Shown here one piece after another: positions 8,434 to 12,287 of a DNA stretch of 12,287 nucleotides; position 1 is the first letter of the stretch, and the number at the start of each line of letters is the position of its first letter. The translations under genes were made by a program, and so were the position numbers. The notes beneath the pieces were generated by a model that was not told the DNA's origin, did not search any database, and was given only the letters and a program-made list of their open reading frames with translations. The stretch is from Candidatus Undinarchaeota archaeon (GTDB taxonomy: Archaea > SpSt-1190): contig CAZJUS010000024.1 in NCBI GenBank assembly GCA_964549355.1, forward strand, positions 1-12,287, in the 5' to 3' direction.

Positions 8434-9177
8434 CTATATGTTGGTTGGCACGTCAACAAAAATGCTGGGCAGCTTGAATTTTTTCTCCAGCACCCTCCCC
8501 AGTGCAATAACTCCAAACTTTTCAGTTGCATAGTGCCCCGCAGCAATAACATTGATCCTGCGCTCCTTGGCAAAATGGTAGCCGTAATGGGCAAGCTCGC
8601 CGATAAGGACTGTTGAACCTTCCGGTGCAGTGAAAATTGCGTTGGTGCTCCCGCCACTGCTCACGGTGAGGGTGTCCACAGATTCATCACCGAACTTGAG
8701 CTGGCGTATGGGGGCGCCGATTTTTTCATTCACCCTCAGGAGGATTTCGTCGATGGTCTTCCTTGGATGGCACACCCACCGGAAGCGGTCCACCTGCTTT
8801 TTTGGTCGAAATCCGAGCGCCTTGATTATCTCCACATTGTTCCCGACCTGCGGGTGTGCGTCGAGGGGAAGATGCGATGCGTAAAGGCTGATTTTGTTTT
8901 CAAGAAGGAAGCGCACCCTGTTTGAGGTGGGCCCGACTATCAAAGGCTCCACACCTTTCCAATACATGCCGTGGTGCACAACCGCGAAATTGCACTCGTG
9001 GGTTTTCATTTTTTGAAAAGTCTCCATTGAAGCATCAACAGCCAGTCCGACGGTGCCGACTTCATCGGAAGCATGCACTTGGAGCCCGTTTATGCTGGTG
9101 TCCTCCGGAAAATCTCCAGACTTCAGGTAATTGGTAATCCAGGATGCAAGGCCGTTGACATCAACCATTCCTGCCAC
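8434..9177 (-). CDS. Nif3/YbgI-like dinuclear metal centre protein (DUF34)
   Basis: NGLQV, LAVD, VVHHG, SLYASHLPLDAHPQVGNN, GE and AGHYATE motifs. The GTG start lies 1 nt after the upstream stop. Confidence 0.93.
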   Translation of the reverse strand: MAGMVDVNGLASWITNYLKSGDFPEDTSINGLQVHASDEVGTVGLAVDASMETFQKMKTHECNFAVVHHGMYWKGVEPLIVGPTSNRVRFLLENKISLYASHLPLDAHPQVGNNVEIIKALGFRPKKQVDRFRWVCHPRKTIDEILLRVNEKIGAPIRQLKFGDESVDTLTVSSGGSTNAIFTAPEGSTVLIGELAHYGYHFAKERRINVIAAGHYATEKFGVIALGRVLEKKFKLPSIFVDVPTNI

Positions 9178-9178
9178 C

Positions 9179-9451
9179 TCAGCCGAACAGAGCCCCGACC
9201 CCGGCGGACGAGCTCTCCTTCATCGCTTTCAGCTTTTCGAGGATTTTGTCCTTGTCCTCTGATTCTTCAAGCCCCTCGAACAAATCCATCTTGAAAATTT
9301 CGGGCGCCCCTTTGACTATAAGGACGGTTCCTTTGTCAAGGTCAAAGACGACTGAATCGTAATACTCCGCATCCGCCTTCCTTTTGATTTCGGCATCTTC
9401 GACAATCTTGAGCGCGAGAGGCTTTTCAACCACAAATACTTTAGTCTCCAT
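9179..9451 (-). CDS. Small hypothetical protein (~90 aa)
   Basis: Fills the nth-nif3 gap. ATG at 9451 is preferred, with GGAGG at 9467-9463 and TTTAAAC 26 nt upstream. Charged protein ending ...ESSSAGVGALFG. Alternative GTG start at 9469. Confidence 0.75.
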   Translation of the reverse strand: METKVFVVEKPLALKIVEDAEIKRKADAEYYDSVVFDLDKGTVLIVKGAPEIFKMDLFEGLEESEDKDKILEKLKAMKESSSAGVGALFG

Positions 9452-9480
9452 GGAAAACCGTCCCTCCACGGTTTAAATTT

Positions 9481-10110
9481 CTACCTGCTTTGCGTCACTC
9501 CGATCTTCGGGCATTTGTTGTCCAGAGGGCATATACTACAATGTGGCGAGATTGGAGTGCATATCCGTTTTCCAAACGGCACGAACCTGCGGTTGATTTC
9601 AGACCACAAATATATCGGCGCGGTTTTTCTCAAGACTTTCTCTGTTTGCCCCGGGGTTTTAGTTTTCACTATGCCTGTCCGGTTGCAGATTCTGTGAACG
9701 TGCGTGTCCACACAGACAGAGGGCTTTCCAAATGCGACGGCAACCACAAGGTTTGCAGTTTTTCTGCCAACGCCTGGAAGTCTGACTAAATCATCTATGG
9801 TGTCCGGAATTTCCCCCCCATATTCACTCATGATTTTTTCAGCAATGCCTTTCATATACCGGACTTTGGTTTTGTAGAAGCCGATTGGTTTTATGAGTTT
9901 TTCAAGTTCGGGTGCAGGCATGTCCAGGATATCCTGGAAGTTTTTCACCTTTTTGAACAGCGCCCTGCACACCTGAGCGGTGGTTTCGTCCCGCGTCCTT
10001 GCACTCAGCATAGTCCCTATCAATGATTTGAAAGGCTCCTTGAGAGTGTCTCCGAATGCAATTGCTTTTGTTGCTTTCCGCGCACCCTCCAAGACATCCT
10101 CCAGCCTCAT
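9481..10110 (-). CDS. nth: Endonuclease III (HhH-GPD DNA glycosylase/AP lyase with 4Fe-4S cluster)
   Basis: LSARTRD, LPGVGRKTANLV (HhH with catalytic Lys), VDTHVHRI and C-x6-C-x2-C-x5-C (CTPISPHCSICPLDNKC). GGTGA SD at 10119-10115. Confidence 0.95.
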   Translation of the reverse strand: MRLEDVLEGARKATKAIAFGDTLKEPFKSLIGTMLSARTRDETTAQVCRALFKKVKNFQDILDMPAPELEKLIKPIGFYKTKVRYMKGIAEKIMSEYGGEIPDTIDDLVRLPGVGRKTANLVVAVAFGKPSVCVDTHVHRICNRTGIVKTKTPGQTEKVLRKTAPIYLWSEINRRFVPFGKRICTPISPHCSICPLDNKCPKIGVTQSR

Positions 10111-10118
10111 GCATTCAC

Positions 10119-11012
10119 CTATTTGAAAAAGGGCTCCCTCCGCCTCACGGCTTCAACGAATGCGTCATCTATGCATGCTTCGCTTGCAGGGTCGAATTTT
10201 ACATGGTTGTCCTGCCTCAGCAGGCAGGGTTTGAAGCTTCCGTCCGGCGTCACACGAAGCCTGTGGCAGTTGTTGCAGAAGTCCTTGTTGAACATGGGAT
10301 TCACTAAAGTCACCCAGACCCCATTCACCAGAAATTTTCTTCTTCGGTTGTCATAAAGTTCCGTGCTTTTTTCTGAGTTGGCTTCAAGCCAGGCTTCGAT
10401 ATGCGGGATATTGGGGGCAAGTGTTTCTTTGAAGTTTTGTGAATGGTATTCAATTACCTGGAGGTCTGCACCAAGCTCCTTGGCCAGCGCTGTCATCTCC
10501 GGCACCTCATTTTCATTGAGCCCTTTGATTATCGTCATATTCAGCTTGACGGGCAGGCCCGCAGCGATGCTCTGCCGGATGCCGTCAAGGACCTTGGAAT
10601 GGAGGCCCCTGCCTGTTATTTTTTTGTAGACGGCAGGCCTGCTTGTATGGATGCTTACGTTCATCCTATTGAGGCCCCCCAAATTTTTCAGATTTTCTTC
10701 AAGGAAAACACCGTTGGTCACCATTGAAACTTCGTTGATCCCCCTGATGCCTTTTACGGTCTGGATTATTTCCCCTATGTCGGGGCGCAGCAACGGCTCC
10801 CCCCCTGTGAGTTTGACCCTGCTGATGCCGTGCCCGGCTGCAACGCTGACTATTCTTCCAATATCTTCCTTTGAAAGCTCCTTTATGGTTTTTGAAGCAG
10901 AGCAGATGTTCGGCGTATAGCCTTCATGATGGCAGAAAAAACAGGCAAGATTGCATCTGCCCGTGACAGCAAGCCGGAGGTTGTCCACCTCTCTCCCAAA
11001 CCGGTCTTTCAA
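10119..11012 (-). CDS. moaA: GTP 3',8-cyclase MoaA (radical SAM), archaeal type
   Basis: DRFGR..LRLAVTGRCNLACFFCHHEG (CxxxCxxC), KLTGGEPLLR and FCNNCHRLRVTPDGSFKPCL. C-terminus RREPFFK. The start is most likely TTG at 11012 or 11015, since the ORF-track start at 11177 runs antisense through tRNA-Pro. Confidence 0.9.
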   Translation of the reverse strand: MKDRFGREVDNLRLAVTGRCNLACFFCHHEGYTPNICSASKTIKELSKEDIGRIVSVAAGHGISRVKLTGGEPLLRPDIGEIIQTVKGIRGINEVSMVTNGVFLEENLKNLGGLNRMNVSIHTSRPAVYKKITGRGLHSKVLDGIRQSIAAGLPVKLNMTIIKGLNENEVPEMTALAKELGADLQVIEYHSQNFKETLAPNIPHIEAWLEANSEKSTELYDNRRRKFLVNGVWVTLVNPMFNKDFCNNCHRLRVTPDGSFKPCLLRQDNHVKFDPASEACIDDAFVEAVRRREPFFK

Positions 11013-11070
11013 CAATAAACAAAAATATAATAGCTTAAATCCCTTAACTTTCTGCAGGGAGCGGACCAGC

Positions 11071-11144
11071 GGGACCGTAGTGTAACTTGGCCAGCATACA
11101 AGCTTTGGGAGCTTGCAGTCGGGGTTCAAATCCCCGCGGTCCCA
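11071..11144 (+). tRNA. tRNA-Pro (TGG), no intron, CCA not encoded
   Basis: Acceptor GGGACCG/CGGTCCC plus discriminator A. Anticodon arm CAAGC-TTTGGGA-GCTTG. T arm CGGGG-TTCAAAT-CCCCG. Confidence 0.96.
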
Positions 11145-11262
11145 AGCTTTTGCCCCGCAGGGCAAAACCTTGACCAAAACAAACTCTCGCCGAGTTTGAT
11201 CAGGGTGGCTGTCCTCCGGACACTTCGGACAGCTGAAAACTTGACTAAAAATAAGACCAAAA
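11144..11262. repeat. Tandem hairpin + TTGAYYA cluster (REP/MITE-like or structured tRNA trailer)
   Basis: Three stems (TTTTGCCC/GGGCAAAA, CAAACTC/GAGTTTG, GCTGTCC/GGACAGC), each followed or closed by TTGACCAAAA, TTGATCAGGG or TTGACTAAAA. Confidence 0.5.
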
Positions 11263-11332
11263 GCCAGCCGCCTTCAGCAGGCAGCGTAGCTTTAATAAAC
11301 CAAAAAAAGACTATTAAACTGTAATCCGGCAT

Positions 11333-11405
11333 GCCCCGATAGCTCAGCCGGTAGAGCACTCGGCTGTTAACCGAGCGGTCGGTGGTTCAAGTCCGCCTCG
11401 GGGCG
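11333..11405 (+). tRNA. tRNA-Asn (GTT), no intron, CCA not encoded
   Basis: Acceptor GCCCCGA/TCGGGGC plus discriminator G. D arm GCTC/GAGC. Anticodon arm CTCGG-CTGTTAA-CCGAG. T arm GGTGG-TTCAAGT-CCGCC. Confidence 0.97.
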
Positions 11406-11407
11406 CT

Positions 11408-11617
11408 GTGGACGAAGCAACTGTAAACGAAAGAGTAAAGGATGTAGAAGTCAAGCTTGACAAGCTCGAGAAGAAAATAGACGCACTCTTAGCTTTGCTC
11501 ATGCAGGAGTTTTCCCATGATTTTGACATCTCCGAAGACGAAAACATCCTCGAGCTTCCTGAAAGCATCCGTGGCCATGCAGCCATGGACTTCAAGCAGG
11601 ATTCCGAATTCAACTGA
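11408..11617 (+). CDS. Small acidic hypothetical protein with an N-terminal coiled coil (69 aa)
   Basis: Fills the gap between tRNA-Asn and the kinase exactly. Heptad pattern VKDVEVKLDKLEKKIDALL. GTG start. 8-bp convergent overlap with the kinase stop. Confidence 0.65.
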   Translation: MDEATVNERVKDVEVKLDKLEKKIDALLALLMQEFSHDFDISEDENILELPESIRGHAAMDFKQDSEFN

Positions 11618-12287
11618 TTGCTTTCAGCCTTTCTCTGTCCCGTTCGAGCAGGCTCTCGGCGCCCGGAAAGCTGAGCGGGACTGCCTGTGGCCAGTCAATC
11701 AGCCACGGTTTGCCCTTCCAAATCATTACATTATATTCACTCATGTCGCCGTGCACTATGCCTACCTCCACTGCCCTTTCATATGCTTCAATTGTTGCAT
11801 CGGCAAAGCGGGATTTCTGTTTTCCGAAATCTGCGAGGAGGGGTGCAGAGAGGTCGTCACCAATAAATTCCATGGCTATTACGTGCCTGTTTATCCCCAG
11901 CGGTTTTGGAACATTCACTTTTTTGCTTTTGGCAAGCTTGTCCAGTGAGCGGAATTCAATCTGCGCCTTTGCCCTTTCCACCACAACCGGCCTGTCGATT
12001 CTACCCACTTTTTTCTTCCACCATTTCAGGGCCGTGTATGCGAGCGACTCGCGGATTTTTGTGAATTCTGCAGAATAATATCTGTGGAATTTGAGCGCAA
12101 TCTTTTTGCCACCCTTTAGTCCGAGGACAACCTTGGCCTCCTTGCCCTCCCCAATTATGTGGCCCAAGTCATCAATAACTCCGTGTTTCTTCAGGTCCCA
12201 TACAGCCAGCATATCTTTCCCCCTTTCTTTCAGCTTGACTGAGGGCACTCCCATCTTCCCCGATGAATCCCAGCCGATAAAGCCCGC
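11610..12287 (-). CDS. rio2: RIO-type Ser/Thr kinase (RIO2-like), 5' end outside the window
   Basis: IGEGKEA, ALKFHR, VPKP..NRHVIAMEFI, VHGDMSEYNV, LIDWPQ and LLERD motifs. The frame stays open from 12254 to the window edge (AGFIGWDSSGK-M), consistent with the N-terminal winged helix continuing upstream. Confidence 0.88.
   Translation of the reverse strand, partial: AGFIGWDSSGKMGVPSVKLKERGKDMLAVWDLKKHGVIDDLGHIIGEGKEAKVVLGLKGGKKIALKFHRYYSAEFTKIRESLAYTALKWWKKKVGRIDRPVVVERAKAQIEFRSLDKLAKSKKVNVPKPLGINRHVIAMEFIGDDLSAPLLADFGKQKSRFADATIEAYERAVEVGIVHGDMSEYNVMIWKGKPWLIDWPQAVPLSFPGAESLLERDRERLKAIS

Noticed and set aside
11016..11177. N-terminal extension of MoaA in the ORF track
   Set aside because: It is the antisense reading of tRNA-Pro and its promoter. 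MoaA similarity begins at LKDRFGR.
11144..11262. Inter-tRNA repeats as a CRISPR array, SRP RNA or RNase P RNA
   Set aside because: The repeats are only 10-16 nt with irregular, self-complementary spacers and no cas genes nearby. I could not find the SRP helix-8 or RNase P P4 consensus on either strand.
11071..11405. tRNAs as integration (att) sites of a mobile element
   Set aside because: No integrase and no duplicated tRNA 3' end were seen in the window, and the flanks are housekeeping genes.
11126..11613. Minus-strand ORFs 11126-11359 and 11344-11613
   Set aside because: Antisense to the tRNAs and the 69-aa ORF. PRGGLEPPTARLTAECS is the typical antisense-tRNA translation.

Overview
Gene-dense archaeal chromosomal window, mostly housekeeping. 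The compact layout and divergent proteins suggest a DPANN-type lineage, but that is inference. In order: 5' part of a thermosome subunit (minus, missed by the ORF track because it runs off the window); HTH transcriptional regulator (minus); divergent pheS-pheT; amino-acid permease; processive-type GT2 glycosyltransferase; then on the minus strand a divergent seryl-tRNA synthetase, a Nif3-like protein, a small hypothetical, endonuclease III and a MoaA-type radical SAM enzyme; tRNA-Pro(TGG) and tRNA-Asn(GTT); a 69-aa ORF starting 2 nt after tRNA-Asn; and a partial RIO2-type kinase. No transposase, integrase or CRISPR array is visible. The most interesting signals are a tandem cluster of hairpins each followed by a TTGAYYA-purine motif between the tRNAs, an apparent tRNA-to-leaderless-mRNA junction, repeated TATA-proximal GTG/TTG starts with shared bidirectional TATA boxes, a perfect 9-8-9 inverted repeat in the thermosome leader, and non-canonical active-site motifs in SerRS and PheS.
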